Shown: positions 29,670-39,841 of the stretch, in pieces
Layout of the letters: each line of letters begins with the position of its first letter
Position numbering within the stretch: position 1 is the first letter of the stretch
Assembly (NCBI GenBank): GCA_017948555.1
Contig: JAFMYY010000022.1
Span: 43,006-107,005 of the forward strand
Source of the DNA: Cesiribacteraceae bacterium YIM B00369
GTDB taxonomy: Bacteria > Bacteroidota > Bacteroidia > Cytophagales > Cyclobacteriaceae
Direction of reading: 5' to 3'
DNA: 64,000 nt
Position numbers and translations under genes: made by a program
Notes under the pieces: generated by a model
What the model was told of the DNA's origin: nothing
The model's input: only the letters and a program-made list of their open reading frames with translations
Databases searched by the model: none

Positions 29670-30881
29670 ATGAATCTTATACTTTTTGACCAGCCAGACA
29701 TCAGAGAACAGCTGTTACCCCTGACTTTTACAAGGCCCATAGCTGCCTTGCGTGTAGGTATTTTAACCATAGCAGAAAAATGGAAAAAGTATTTCCCCGA
29801 TTCTCATGTAAGCTTCCTGACAGAGCCTTACCTGCGCAAAAAATTCCCGATGCAAAGAGGAAACTCCAATTTACTGGTAAACGGAGCGCTATGCCCGAAT
29901 CCGGAGGTACTGGAGGCCATTAAAGCCCTGGGCGAAGGAGAAAGTCTTATTAAAGATAATATACTGATTGCCTGCCGCTGCTCAAAAACAGGCATAGAGG
30001 AGTTCGAACAGGCTCCCGAAGCGTTCCGCAAAAACAGCACCGCTTTCAGGGGAGCATTCTTTACACTTATAGACCAGGTCTGGCTGATTTTCAGCCAGAA
30101 TGGTGCAGAAATAAAAGCAGACTTTGATCTCCTGACCCGCAACCGGAAAACAGCAGGCATTAACGATGCGCATACCCGCACTTATAACGAAGACCAGATC
30201 TTTGTGGAAGAGGGAGCAAAAATTAAAGCGGCTATCCTGAATGCCGAGGACGGACCTATTTATATTGGGAAGAATGCCCGCGTGCATGAAGGTGCTTTTA
30301 TCAAAGGTCCTTTTGCGCTATGCGAAGGCTCTCATGTAAATCCGGGTGCTAAAATGCGCGGCGACTCCACCATTGGCCCGCACAGTAAAGTAGGCGGAGA
30401 GATCAGCAACTCAGTAATTACCGGCTATTCCAATAAAGGGCACGAAGGCTTTTTAGGAAACAGCGTATTGGGAGAATGGTGCAATATTGGTGCCGACAGT
30501 AATAATTCCAACCTTAAGAATAATTATGCAGATGTAAAGCTCTGGAATTACAAAAAAGGCGGATTTATAAACACCGGGCTCCAGTTCTGCGGCCTTATAA
30601 TGGGCGACCATAGTAAATGCGGCATTAATACCATGTTCAATACAGGTACAGTGGCTGGTGTATCGGCAAATATTTTCGGAGCCGGTTTTCCACGCCAGTT
30701 TATACCAAGCTACTCATGGGGCGGGGCTGCCGGCCTTACCACCTACAAACTGGATAAAGTGTACGAAACAGCTGAGCGTGTAATGGAGCGCCGGCATATT
30801 AACCTCGACGACACTGAGAAAGAAATTTTACAGCATGTATTTGAGCAAACTGCCCGGTACCGGGTGTGGGAAAAAAGTTAA
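29670..30881 (+). CDS. putative sugar-phosphate nucleotidyltransferase with left-handed beta-helix (GlmU-like)
   Basis: N-terminal nucleotidyltransferase-like region plus C-terminal hexapeptide-repeat region (GPHSKVGGEISNSVITGYSNKGHEGFLGNSVLGEWCNIGA). The ATG at 29670 avoids overlapping the terminator. Confidence 0.65.
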   Translation: MNLILFDQPDIREQLLPLTFTRPIAALRVGILTIAEKWKKYFPDSHVSFLTEPYLRKKFPMQRGNSNLLVNGALCPNPEVLEAIKALGEGESLIKDNILIACRCSKTGIEEFEQAPEAFRKNSTAFRGAFFTLIDQVWLIFSQNGAEIKADFDLLTRNRKTAGINDAHTRTYNEDQIFVEEGAKIKAAILNAEDGPIYIGKNARVHEGAFIKGPFALCEGSHVNPGAKMRGDSTIGPHSKVGGEISNSVITGYSNKGHEGFLGNSVLGEWCNIGADSNNSNLKNNYADVKLWNYKKGGFINTGLQFCGLIMGDHSKCGINTMFNTGTVAGVSANIFGAGFPRQFIPSYSWGGAAGLTTYKLDKVYETAERVMERRHINLDDTEKEILQHVFEQTARYRVWEKS

Positions 30882-30964
30882 TGCGAAAGCAGGTGCTGAT
30901 GTTGCCGGCAGGTAATTTGCTGATTAGAAAATGATTGAATCCGGAAATGGATATTAAAAGTTGA

Positions 30965-31004
30965 AAGCCGGAAATCAGGTCTCCCGGTTTCCGGCTTCTT
31001 TTAT
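30965..31004 (+). terminator. rho-independent terminator
   Basis: AGCCGGAAA-TCAGGTCTCCCGG-TTTCCGGCT then TCTTTTATT. Confidence 0.6.
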
Positions 31005-31054
31005 TGTATATTTACTAACTCTGCTTTTTAAAGCATTCTTAATTACAGGATTAA

Positions 31055-32194
31055 ATGCGCTTTGCCGATATTACAGGGCTGGAAGATGTAAAAACCAACC
31101 TCATCAATTCAGTTAAAAACAACCACCTGGCACATGCACAGCTATTCTTTGGCCCCGAAGGAAGCGGGAGCCTTGCTATGGCCCTGGCATTTGCCACTTA
31201 CCTGAATTGCACCAACCGGCAGGCTGCCCCGGGAGAAATGGAAGATGCCTGTGGCAAGTGCCCCAGCTGCCAGAAAATGGCTAAATACATTCATCCTGAC
31301 ATGCACTATGTTTTTCCTGTAAGTGCCACCAAAAATATCAGCGGGAAAGATGTAATCAGCAACAGCTATCTTCCCGACTGGCGCACCTTCCTGCAGAAAA
31401 ATCCTTATGCAAACCTCAGCCAGTGGATGCAGCACTATGGAGGAGAGGATAAGCAGGCCAACATAAGCAAGGAAGAAAGCCGCCATATTCTGCGCAACCT
31501 GTCCCTTAAGGCTTTTGAAGGCAATTATAAAATTATGCTCATCTGGCTCCCGGAGTACATGCACGTTTCTGCAGCCAACGGCATACTTAAAATTCTGGAG
31601 GAACCACCAGCAAAAACAGTTTTTCTGCTGGTAAGCTCCGATGTGGAAAAACTGCTTACCACCATTCTGTCGCGCACCCAGATATTTAAAATCCGGGCAT
31701 TTACAGATGAGGAGGTAGCCCGTTACCTTACTACCCGAATGGAGCTGCCTCCTGAAAAAGCAGAACAGCTTGCCCGCCTGTCGAACGGCAGCCTTGCTGC
31801 CGCAATCAACGGCACAGAGGAGGTTAAAAACGACAGCCATGGCATTTACAGCCAGTGGATGCGCTTTTGCTATGACAGGAACTTCAGCCAGCTTATTCAA
31901 ATGGCCGACGACTTCCACCAGTTTAGTAAAGATGCACAAAAAGCCCTGCTGCTGTATGGACTTAACATTTTGCGGGAAACCCTCGTTTACCCTTATACAA
32001 GTGAAGAGAACGTTAAACTCCGGGGCGATGAGCGGCTTTTCGTTGAGCGTTTCAGCAAAGTAATGCAGTGGAACAAGGTACAACTGATCTCAGAAAAGCT
32101 CAACGAAGCCTTATACCACCTTGAACGGAATGCCAGCCCTAAAATAATGTTTCTGGATTTATCGCTGCAAATTGCAGGAATTATCAGGTCATAA
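31055..32194 (+). CDS. holB: DNA polymerase III delta-prime subunit
   Basis: AAA-like N-terminus (HAQLFFGPEGSGSLAMALAFA), zinc module CGKCPSCQK, SRT-like LSRTQIF. Confidence 0.8.
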   Translation: MRFADITGLEDVKTNLINSVKNNHLAHAQLFFGPEGSGSLAMALAFATYLNCTNRQAAPGEMEDACGKCPSCQKMAKYIHPDMHYVFPVSATKNISGKDVISNSYLPDWRTFLQKNPYANLSQWMQHYGGEDKQANISKEESRHILRNLSLKAFEGNYKIMLIWLPEYMHVSAANGILKILEEPPAKTVFLLVSSDVEKLLTTILSRTQIFKIRAFTDEEVARYLTTRMELPPEKAEQLARLSNGSLAAAINGTEEVKNDSHGIYSQWMRFCYDRNFSQLIQMADDFHQFSKDAQKALLLYGLNILRETLVYPYTSEENVKLRGDERLFVERFSKVMQWNKVQLISEKLNEALYHLERNASPKIMFLDLSLQIAGIIRS

Positions 32195-32251
32195 TTTTTT
32201 AATGTAAAACTTTACTACAGGTTAAATTTTTCAACCAATATTGCGGACTGA

Positions 32252-32731
32252 ATGAAGAGTAAAAAGCCGCTGCAGATCATAGGCAGATCAGACATTATTG
32301 ACATGCCTGAATTGGGGCTGCACAACGTAGATGCAAAAACAGATACAGGAGCCTATACATCTTCTATTCACTGCTCCCGTATAAAAAAAAAGAAAGAAAG
32401 TGATGGAACGGAAGTTATAACCTTTACAATTCCCGGCTCCAAGCTGCACGAAAAGGGACTACACCATTTTAAAGTACCCGAATTTGAAGAAAAGAACATC
32501 CGGAGCTCAAATGGACAAATTCAGAAACGGTATGTAATTAAAACCCAGATCATCATTTTTGGCAGGAAAATAAGAGCAGAGTTCTCACTGGCCGACCGGA
32601 GCAGCATGAAGTTCCCTGTTTTACTGGGCCGGAAATTATTACAGAACCGTTTTATTGTGGATGTAACCCAAAAAGATCTTTCTTATTCAGAAAAGAAAAG
32701 AAAAAGAACTGAACTGACAGAAAAAAAGTAA
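32252..32731 (+). CDS. RimK-associated retropepsin-like aspartic protease (DUF785 family)
   Basis: About 160 aa, DTGA motif (DAKTDTGAYTSSI), immediately upstream of rimK as in many genomes. Confidence 0.7.
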   Translation: MKSKKPLQIIGRSDIIDMPELGLHNVDAKTDTGAYTSSIHCSRIKKKKESDGTEVITFTIPGSKLHEKGLHHFKVPEFEEKNIRSSNGQIQKRYVIKTQIIIFGRKIRAEFSLADRSSMKFPVLLGRKLLQNRFIVDVTQKDLSYSEKKRKRTELTEKK

Positions 32732-32926
32732 ACCAAAAGCCGGAAGTAAAAAGTAAAAGAATTAATCGTTGCTTTTTATCATCAGTTCCTCATAAATACT
32801 TGTTGTAAACTTCTGTAAAAAAATCGCCCTTGGGTTAAATACATACCTGAGCGTCTCCTGAAAATCCAATAAAAAAGATTTTTTGAGGTAGCTGATACCA
32901 GGCAATTAAAGTAAAATATCAATCGG

Positions 32927-33835
32927 ATGAAAATAGCTATATTATCACGAAACGCAAATTTATATTCCACGCGCCGCCTTGCCGAAGCTGCGGAAAAGCG
33001 TGGTCATAAAGTACAGGTACTTGATCACTTAAAATGTGATATCATTATAGAGCAAAACAATCCTCTTATTTATTATAAAGGCGAGAAGATTACAGATATT
33101 GACGCCATTATTCCGCGCGTTGGAGCATCCGTAACATTTTATGGATCGGCAGTGGTGCGCCAGTTCGAAATGATGAACGTTTTTACCACCACCAATTCGC
33201 AGGCAATAGTAAGGTCGCGCGACAAACTGCGCAGCCTTCAGCTCCTTGCCCGCGCAGGTGTCGGCCTGCCCAAAACCGCCTTTACCAACTACAGCAAAGA
33301 AGAAAAAAACCTGGTGGAAGTAGTAGGCGGCGCTCCTCTTGTAATTAAATTACTGGAAGGCACCCAGGGCCTGGGCGTTGTGCTGGCAGAAACAAAAAAA
33401 GCAGCCCAGTCGGTAATTGAGGCCTTTCATAACCTGAAAGCCCGCGTAATTGTACAGGAATTTATTAAGGAAGCAAAAGCTGCCGACATCCGTGCCTTTG
33501 TGGTAAACGGCGAAGTGGTTGGCGCTATGAAACGCCAGGGCAAAGAAGGAGAATTCCGCTCCAATCTCCACAGGGGCGGCTCAGCTACAGTAGTAAAACT
33601 CAGCAGGGCCGAAAAATCTGCCGCCTTAAAGGCTACAGAGGCCATGGGACTGCACATAGCCGGAGTCGACATGCTCCAGTCAAGCCGCGGCCCGCTTATT
33701 CTGGAGGTAAACTCCTCTCCCGGGCTTGAAGGCATTGAAAAAGCAACAGATATAGATGTAGCCGACAGGATTATTGAATTTGTAGAAACCAGACAGCCAA
33801 AAGCAAAAGTTACCCGCAAAAAAGTAACACATTAG
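32927..33835 (+). CDS. rimK: ribosomal protein S6 glutamate ligase (ATP-grasp)
   Basis: MKIAILSRN...ATP-grasp motifs; full-length match to the RimK pattern. Confidence 0.9.
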   Translation: MKIAILSRNANLYSTRRLAEAAEKRGHKVQVLDHLKCDIIIEQNNPLIYYKGEKITDIDAIIPRVGASVTFYGSAVVRQFEMMNVFTTTNSQAIVRSRDKLRSLQLLARAGVGLPKTAFTNYSKEEKNLVEVVGGAPLVIKLLEGTQGLGVVLAETKKAAQSVIEAFHNLKARVIVQEFIKEAKAADIRAFVVNGEVVGAMKRQGKEGEFRSNLHRGGSATVVKLSRAEKSAALKATEAMGLHIAGVDMLQSSRGPLILEVNSSPGLEGIEKATDIDVADRIIEFVETRQPKAKVTRKKVTH

Positions 33836-33880
33836 AAACCGGTATATTCGAATACCTTACCTTTGCAAAAAAAAGAGCCC

Positions 33881-34819
33881 ATGAAAATAAGGATAGGAAC
33901 CCGTGGCAGTCAGCTGGCCCTGTGGCAGGCAAACCATGTTGCTGACCTCCTTCACCAGCAAGGAATAGAAACAGAAATAATTACCATCGATACTAAAGGA
34001 GATAAAATTCAGGAGGTATCTATAGCCAAAATTGGCAGCAAAGGAGTATTTACCGAAGAGATTGAGGATCAGTTACTGCAAGGTACCATCGATATAGCCG
34101 TACATAGTGCAAAAGACATGCAGTCGGAAATACCTGCGTATTTTGAATTGATAGCTTTTACGGAACGTGAACAGGTAAACGATGTGGTGGTTAGCCATAA
34201 CCCGAACTTCCGCCTTGAAGAAGGAGGCACTAACCCCATCAGGCTTGGCACCTCTTCCACCCGCCGTGTAGCCACACTACGGAAATATTATCCGCAGGTG
34301 GAAACAGTATCTGTAAGAGGCAACCTGCAAACCCGCATCCGTAAAATGGAAGAGGGCGTATGCGATGCTCTTCTGCTGGCTTTTGCCGGAGTACACCGCA
34401 TGGGTTATGATAACATGATTGTGCAAACCCTTTCGCTGGAACAGTTTACACCTGCTGTGGGCCAGGGAAGTGTGGCCATTGAAGTGAGCAGGGAACTGCC
34501 TGCTGATAAAAAGGAAGCTGTCCGTAATTGCATCAACCACCCCGAAACTGAAACCCGCCTGCTGGCCGAGCGCGCTTTCCTGCGCAAGCTCCAGGGAGGA
34601 TGCAGCGTACCTGTGTATGCACTTGCCACTCTCCTTAATAAAGAGGAACTGGAAATTAAAGGAGGAGTGATTGCGCTTGATGGCAAAACGCGCATACATA
34701 TTGTAGAAAAAGGTCACCCTTCTGCCGCAGAAACTATTGGAAACCTTTTGGCAGAAAAAGTAATTGCCGCCGGCGGTGCCAGAATACTGAAAGAAATTAA
34801 GGGAGAACAGGGAGTGTAA
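33881..34819 (+). CDS. hemC: hydroxymethylbilane synthase (porphobilinogen deaminase)
   Basis: MKIRIGTRGSQLALWQA start, GGCSVPV cofactor-binding region. Confidence 0.9.
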   Translation: MKIRIGTRGSQLALWQANHVADLLHQQGIETEIITIDTKGDKIQEVSIAKIGSKGVFTEEIEDQLLQGTIDIAVHSAKDMQSEIPAYFELIAFTEREQVNDVVVSHNPNFRLEEGGTNPIRLGTSSTRRVATLRKYYPQVETVSVRGNLQTRIRKMEEGVCDALLLAFAGVHRMGYDNMIVQTLSLEQFTPAVGQGSVAIEVSRELPADKKEAVRNCINHPETETRLLAERAFLRKLQGGCSVPVYALATLLNKEELEIKGGVIALDGKTRIHIVEKGHPSAAETIGNLLAEKVIAAGGARILKEIKGEQGV

Positions 34820-34865
34820 AAATTTAACCTGATTCCATCACTTTTTCATTCTATCATTTTCTTAT

Positions 34866-35600
34866 TTGGAGGCTATTGAAGATTTTATCCGGAGAGCATG
34901 GCCGGAGTGGCAGGACGTGCTGCTCTTTACACCCCTTGCACTGGTTGTAAGCTTTGCAGCAAGCCGGTTCGCTGGCTGGCTGAAGGCTGCTAAAAAGTGG
35001 AAAACACCTTATACCCGAAAAGTTTTTCATTTTATTATCTTCACTACCGCAAGCGTTCTCCAGATTACTGCCGGCCTGCCTGCTGTTATTATTTTAGGAG
35101 TGGTTACCAGCCTTTTTGTGCTGGCCGCTGTTTACCAGGGCGAACAGTCCTCGTTTTACATGGCCCTTGCCCGCCCCAACGATGCACCTCAGCAGAAGCT
35201 TTTTATTCTTGTTCCGCTTATTACCACGGCCCTGGGTGGTGTGCTTTCCAACTTGTTCTTTGGCGCTTTTGCAAGTATAGGTTACCTGGTAGGAGGCTGG
35301 GGCGATGCGGTTGGAGAACCTGTTGGCACCCGCTGGGGAAAGCACCGCTACAAAGTACTCTCGCTGGCCGGAGTACCTGCCACCCGCAGCCTGGAAGGCT
35401 CAGCAGCTGTTTTCCTGGTGGGCTGGCTTGTAGCCTCCGCCGGCCTTGCCGCATTTGGCGCCAGTCCCCGTGAGGTACTATTAATCGGCTTATCCTGTGG
35501 AGCGGGCGGCATGATGGTGGAAGCTGTAAGCAGCCATGGCCTTGATAATTTAACCATACAGGTAGCCGCTTCGGGCATAGCGTATTACCTGTTAGCCTAG
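34866..35600 (+). CDS. polytopic membrane protein, possibly polyprenol/dolichol-kinase-like (DUF92-type)
   Basis: 6-7 TM helices; Gly-rich loop YLVGGWGDAVGEPVGTRWGKHRY reminiscent of CTP-dependent lipid kinases; weak. Confidence 0.45.
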   Translation: MEAIEDFIRRAWPEWQDVLLFTPLALVVSFAASRFAGWLKAAKKWKTPYTRKVFHFIIFTTASVLQITAGLPAVIILGVVTSLFVLAAVYQGEQSSFYMALARPNDAPQQKLFILVPLITTALGGVLSNLFFGAFASIGYLVGGWGDAVGEPVGTRWGKHRYKVLSLAGVPATRSLEGSAAVFLVGWLVASAGLAAFGASPREVLLIGLSCGAGGMMVEAVSSHGLDNLTIQVAASGIAYYLLA

Positions 35601-35715
35601 CCTGATATTAAGACAGCTTTGCTGGTAAATTTTAAAAAACATTTAATTTTGTTCCTGAACCATTTGCAGGAATCCCTGCAAAAAAGAGACTGACATTTTT
35701 AAGGTTACAATAAAT

Positions 35716-36579
35716 ATGAATTCACGAACCCTTTTATTTTTCCTCCTGGTAATCAGCACCTGGCTGGGAAGCTGTGCCGCAGAAAAAGACTACCTTGTCA
35801 CAATTCGCACCAAATTTGGCGATATGAAGGTAGTGCTATACGATGCCACCCCTCTGCATAAAGAAAACTTTATTAAACTGGCCCAAAGCGGAGCTTATGA
35901 CAGCACCACCTTCCACCGTGTAATAAAAGATTTTATGGTACAGGGTGGAGATGTAAATGCGAAAGAAGAGGCGAACCCTATCAATTATACCATCCCTGCC
36001 GAGTTCAACGATACGCTTATTCACGAAAAAGGTGTTCTTTCCGCTGCCCGCATGCCCGACCAGGTAAACCCTGAAAAGGAAAGCAGCGGCAGCCAGTTTT
36101 ACATTGTGCATGGCCGTACGTTTACTGAAGAAGAAATAAATGCAATGGTGTATAACCAGAAGTTATCTGTTATGCAGTCGTTATTTATGCGGCTCCTGGA
36201 AAAGCCTGAGTATTCCGGCCTCAGACAGGAAATGATTGAACTGCAGAGAAGCGGCAATTATGCACAGATGCAGGAAAAAATTATGAACTCCGAGGAGCTG
36301 ATTGAAAAGGAATTTGGAAATATCCCTGACCTTGAATTTAACGAACAGCAAATAAAGGCATATTCCACCAAAGGAGGGGCTCCTCACCTCGACCGCGGAT
36401 ACACTGTTTTTGGCAGAGTAGTGGAAGGTTTGCCGGTTATTGACTCCATTGCCAATGTAGTTACAGGAGCCGGCGACAGGCCCGAGCAGGATGTGTACAT
36501 GACCATGGAGGTGGAAGAAGTAAAGAAAAAAGAGCTTAGTAAGAAATACGGATTGTATTATCCGGAAACTGAAAAATAA
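35716..36579 (+). CDS. cyclophilin-type peptidyl-prolyl isomerase (lipoprotein)
   Basis: FHRVIKDFMVQGGD and YTVFGRVVEG cyclophilin motifs; lipobox LGSC. Confidence 0.85.
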   Translation: MNSRTLLFFLLVISTWLGSCAAEKDYLVTIRTKFGDMKVVLYDATPLHKENFIKLAQSGAYDSTTFHRVIKDFMVQGGDVNAKEEANPINYTIPAEFNDTLIHEKGVLSAARMPDQVNPEKESSGSQFYIVHGRTFTEEEINAMVYNQKLSVMQSLFMRLLEKPEYSGLRQEMIELQRSGNYAQMQEKIMNSEELIEKEFGNIPDLEFNEQQIKAYSTKGGAPHLDRGYTVFGRVVEGLPVIDSIANVVTGAGDRPEQDVYMTMEVEEVKKKELSKKYGLYYPETEK

Positions 36580-36592
36580 GATTTTTTAAACG

Positions 36593-37486
36593 ATGAAGAT
36601 CTTAATTACGGGTGCAAACGGCCTTTTGGGCCAGAAGTTAGCAGGCATGCTTCAGCATGAGGAGGGTATTGAAACCCTGGCCACCTCCAGGGGCGAAAAG
36701 AAGTTCATCAGTGCTATCAGTTATAAAAGCATGGATATTGAGGATAAGGATCAGGTAAATGAGGTAATTAACAGATTCAGGCCGGATACCATTATCCACA
36801 CTGCTGCAATGACCAATGCCGATACCTGCGAGGAGGAAAAGGAAAATTGCTGGAAAACCAATGTTACTGCTGTGGAACATCTTGTAGCGGCAGCCGAAGC
36901 AAATAAGTCCTTTTTTATATACCTGAGCACCGATTTCGTTTTTAGCGGCGAAGCAGGACCCTACAGCGAAGAAGATGAAACAGGGCCGGTAAACTACTAT
37001 GGAAAGAGTAAGGCTGCCGCAGAGGAGATAGTAAAGAATTGCAAAACCTCATGGGCAATTATAAGAACTGTACTTGTATACGGTATTAATCCTTCCCTCA
37101 GCCGCTCTAACATTATTTTGTGGGTAAAAAACAGCCTTGAGAACAGCCGGGATATTCAGGTGGTTGATGACCAGGTACGATCCCCCACTCTGGCAGAAGA
37201 TCTTGCAGCTGGTTGCCTGCTGGTTGCCAAAAAGAAAGCCGGAGGCATCTGGCATATATCAGGAAAGGATATACTCACCCCCTATGAGATGGCTATTAAA
37301 ACCGCCGGCTTTTTCGGACTCGACAAAAGCTTTATCCACAGAACAGACAGCAGCCGATTTACTCAACCCGCTAAAAGACCACCCAAAACCGGATTTATTA
37401 TAAAAAAAGCAGAAGAAGAGCTGGGTTATAAACCTCATTCTTTTGAGGAAGGAATAGCCATTCTTGCAGCGCAAATAAAGGGCTAA
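36593..37486 (+). CDS. dTDP-4-dehydrorhamnose reductase-like SDR (RfbD family)
   Basis: MKILITGANGLLGQ Rossmann motif, YGKSKAAAE catalytic YxxxK, length about 297 aa. Confidence 0.7.
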   Translation: MKILITGANGLLGQKLAGMLQHEEGIETLATSRGEKKFISAISYKSMDIEDKDQVNEVINRFRPDTIIHTAAMTNADTCEEEKENCWKTNVTAVEHLVAAAEANKSFFIYLSTDFVFSGEAGPYSEEDETGPVNYYGKSKAAAEEIVKNCKTSWAIIRTVLVYGINPSLSRSNIILWVKNSLENSRDIQVVDDQVRSPTLAEDLAAGCLLVAKKKAGGIWHISGKDILTPYEMAIKTAGFFGLDKSFIHRTDSSRFTQPAKRPPKTGFIIKKAEEELGYKPHSFEEGIAILAAQIKG

Positions 37487-37570
37487 AAGCTTTTTGAAAG
37501 CTGGTTTATAAAGCTTTTACAGGATAAATTGCTTATTTTAGCAATATTCCAGTTTTTTAAACCTCTGTTC

Positions 37571-39127
37571 ATGAAGAAATTCACATGCCTGCTTCCTGTA
37601 TTTTTATGTTCAAATTCTCTGACAGGATACGCACAGGAAGCAGCCGGTAAAAGTATTGATGACCGTATAAATGAATTTGTAGCACCTGCCACGGAACTGG
37701 TTTCAGGGATAATATTTAAGGAAATCCCCTTTTCAGATTCCGTTGCTATTCCTTTTATTCTGATATGGCTTATCTCCGGAGCTATTATCCTCACCATTTA
37801 TCTTAAGTTTATAAATTTCCGCGGGTTCAGGCATGCCGTCAACATTATTAAGGGAAAATACACCGAAGATGATGACCCCGGGCAGGTTACCCACTTCCAG
37901 GCCCTCACCGCTGCCCTTTCCGGCACTGTTGGCCTGGGCAATATTGCCGGTGTAGCTATTGCAGTAGCCGTGGGTGGCCCCGGCGCCACCTTCTGGATGA
38001 TTATTGCAGGCTTATTCGGAATGGCCTCCAAGTTTACAGAATGTTCCCTGGCTGTCCGCTACCGCACTATAGAAGAAGATGGCACCGTCAATGGCGGCCC
38101 CATGTACTACCTGAGCCGCGGCCTTAAAGAAAAAGGGTTTGGCGCGTTTGGCAAAGTACTGGCAGTACTGTTTAGTATACTGTGCGTTGGCGGCTCTTTT
38201 GGTGGCGGTAACATGTTCCAGGTAAACCAGGCGGCTGCGCAGTTTATCAGCCTTCCGGGCATCAACGACAGCTTTCTGGCTGATAACAACTGGATTTTCG
38301 GTCTTGCAATGGCTGCACTGGTAGCCATTGTAATCCTGGGCGGCATAACAAGTATTGTAAAAGTAACTGAAAAGGTTGTTCCTTTTATGTGCGGGATGTA
38401 TATATTGGGAGCCCTGGTTGTACTGGGGGTACATTTCAGGCAAATACCGGAAGCCTTCTATGCCATCTACGATGGTGCCCTTAACGGTTTGGCAATGGCT
38501 GGCGGTGTGGTGGGAGCCATGATCCAGGGGGTGCGGAGAGCAGCCTTTTCCAATGAGGCCGGCGTAGGTTCCGCGGCAATTGCTCACTCCACTGTTAAAA
38601 CAAAAATTCCTGTAACGGAAGGTTTTGTCGCCTCACTGGAGCCATTTATCGATACGGTAGTGGTCTGTACCATGACCTCCCTGGTAATTATTATTTCCGG
38701 CGCTTATACAGAGGCAGGGAGCAACGATGGTATTGCTTTAACTTCTGCCGCTTTTGCCACTGTTATCGGCTGGTTTCCTATCCTCCTTTCCGTGGCAGTA
38801 ATCCTGTTTGCGTTCTCTACAATGATCTCCTGGTCCTACTATGGCCTGAAAGCCTGGACTTACCTTTTTGGCACGAAGAAATCAACTGAAAATATCTACA
38901 AAGCTATTTTCTGTATTTTCATAGTAATAGGCTCCGCATTAAACCTATCTGCTATAACTGATTTCTCCGATGCCATGATCCTGGCAATGAGCTTTCCGAA
39001 TATACTGGGCCTGTACTTTCTGGCTCCCCTGGTAAAAGAAGAGCTGAATGTATTTCTGAACAGAGTAAGGAATGACCGCCCTCCGGTTTCGGCAAGGCAG
39101 GCAGCCAGGGAAAGAGCTAAAAAGTAG
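37571..39127 (+). CDS. alanine/glycine:cation symporter (AGCS family)
   Basis: DDRINEFVAPA...GFRHAVNIIKGKY N-terminus and 11-TM pattern typical of AGCS. Confidence 0.85.
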   Translation: MKKFTCLLPVFLCSNSLTGYAQEAAGKSIDDRINEFVAPATELVSGIIFKEIPFSDSVAIPFILIWLISGAIILTIYLKFINFRGFRHAVNIIKGKYTEDDDPGQVTHFQALTAALSGTVGLGNIAGVAIAVAVGGPGATFWMIIAGLFGMASKFTECSLAVRYRTIEEDGTVNGGPMYYLSRGLKEKGFGAFGKVLAVLFSILCVGGSFGGGNMFQVNQAAAQFISLPGINDSFLADNNWIFGLAMAALVAIVILGGITSIVKVTEKVVPFMCGMYILGALVVLGVHFRQIPEAFYAIYDGALNGLAMAGGVVGAMIQGVRRAAFSNEAGVGSAAIAHSTVKTKIPVTEGFVASLEPFIDTVVVCTMTSLVIIISGAYTEAGSNDGIALTSAAFATVIGWFPILLSVAVILFAFSTMISWSYYGLKAWTYLFGTKKSTENIYKAIFCIFIVIGSALNLSAITDFSDAMILAMSFPNILGLYFLAPLVKEELNVFLNRVRNDRPPVSARQAARERAKK

Positions 39128-39216
39128 AAAGTTTCCGCCACCAGGCTGGCTATATGTGCTGAAGCTTAAGCCGCAGAGCAGATATGGAATAAGCTTAAAA
39201 GAAAGCTTATTTCCCT

Positions 39217-39645
39217 CTAAAAAAGGAGAAGCAGCAGCACAAAGCAAATAACGGAAATTCCCGTTAAAATTAATCCCAACAAGGGAGTACCCTCTTTAAG
39301 CTGTGCCTGACCGGGAAAATACGGATCGTAAAGGATTTTAACGCTGGAAAGAGCTCCATTCTTTTGGATTTTTTTAATGTTGGTTGCCAGCAAATAGGTT
39401 TTACCATCTACTATATAAGAAATTACTGCTGCAGACCCCCTTTCTTCGCCTGCCTCCTCCAATTGCCTTTCCTCATCAGGATTGCACATCAGGTAGTCTG
39501 TTACCTCCCCCTCTGTCTCAACAAGAGTGGAATATTTGGCGAGGCTCATAAAAGAAATCGCTGCCCCTGTAATGAAGAGAATGGTAATAAATAATAAAAG
39601 GAGTAAAAACATAAAGAAGTAAAATAGCTTGTTACCGGCTCTCAA
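39217..39645 (-). CDS. DUF3592-like small membrane protein
   Basis: TM at both ends flanking a beta-rich soluble segment. Confidence 0.4.
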   Translation of the reverse strand: MRAGNKLFYFFMFLLLLLFITILFITGAAISFMSLAKYSTLVETEGEVTDYLMCNPDEERQLEEAGEERGSAAVISYIVDGKTYLLATNIKKIQKNGALSSVKILYDPYFPGQAQLKEGTPLLGLILTGISVICFVLLLLLF

Positions 39646-39841
39646 CCACTACTTCAACCTTTAATATATCCACAATGCAGCATAAAAGAAAGAGATAAAA
39701 TGTTTTTCTTAACTCAGCTGCCTTACCTTTATATCCCCCGGATTAAAACAAACAAGGCCGCAGAAGCTATAATCCTCTGTGGCCTTGTCTGAATAGCGGT
39801 ATTACCCCTTCTGTATCTTCTGCCAGCCTCAGTAACTGATA

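Noticed and set aside
31142-32083. 313-aa minus-strand ORF
   Set aside because: Antisense to holB, which has Walker-type and zinc-module motifs; composition is artefactual.
34997-35473. 158-aa Cys/Arg/Pro-rich ORF
   Set aside because: Alternative frame within the polytopic membrane protein gene; composition typical of an off-frame GC-rich stretch.
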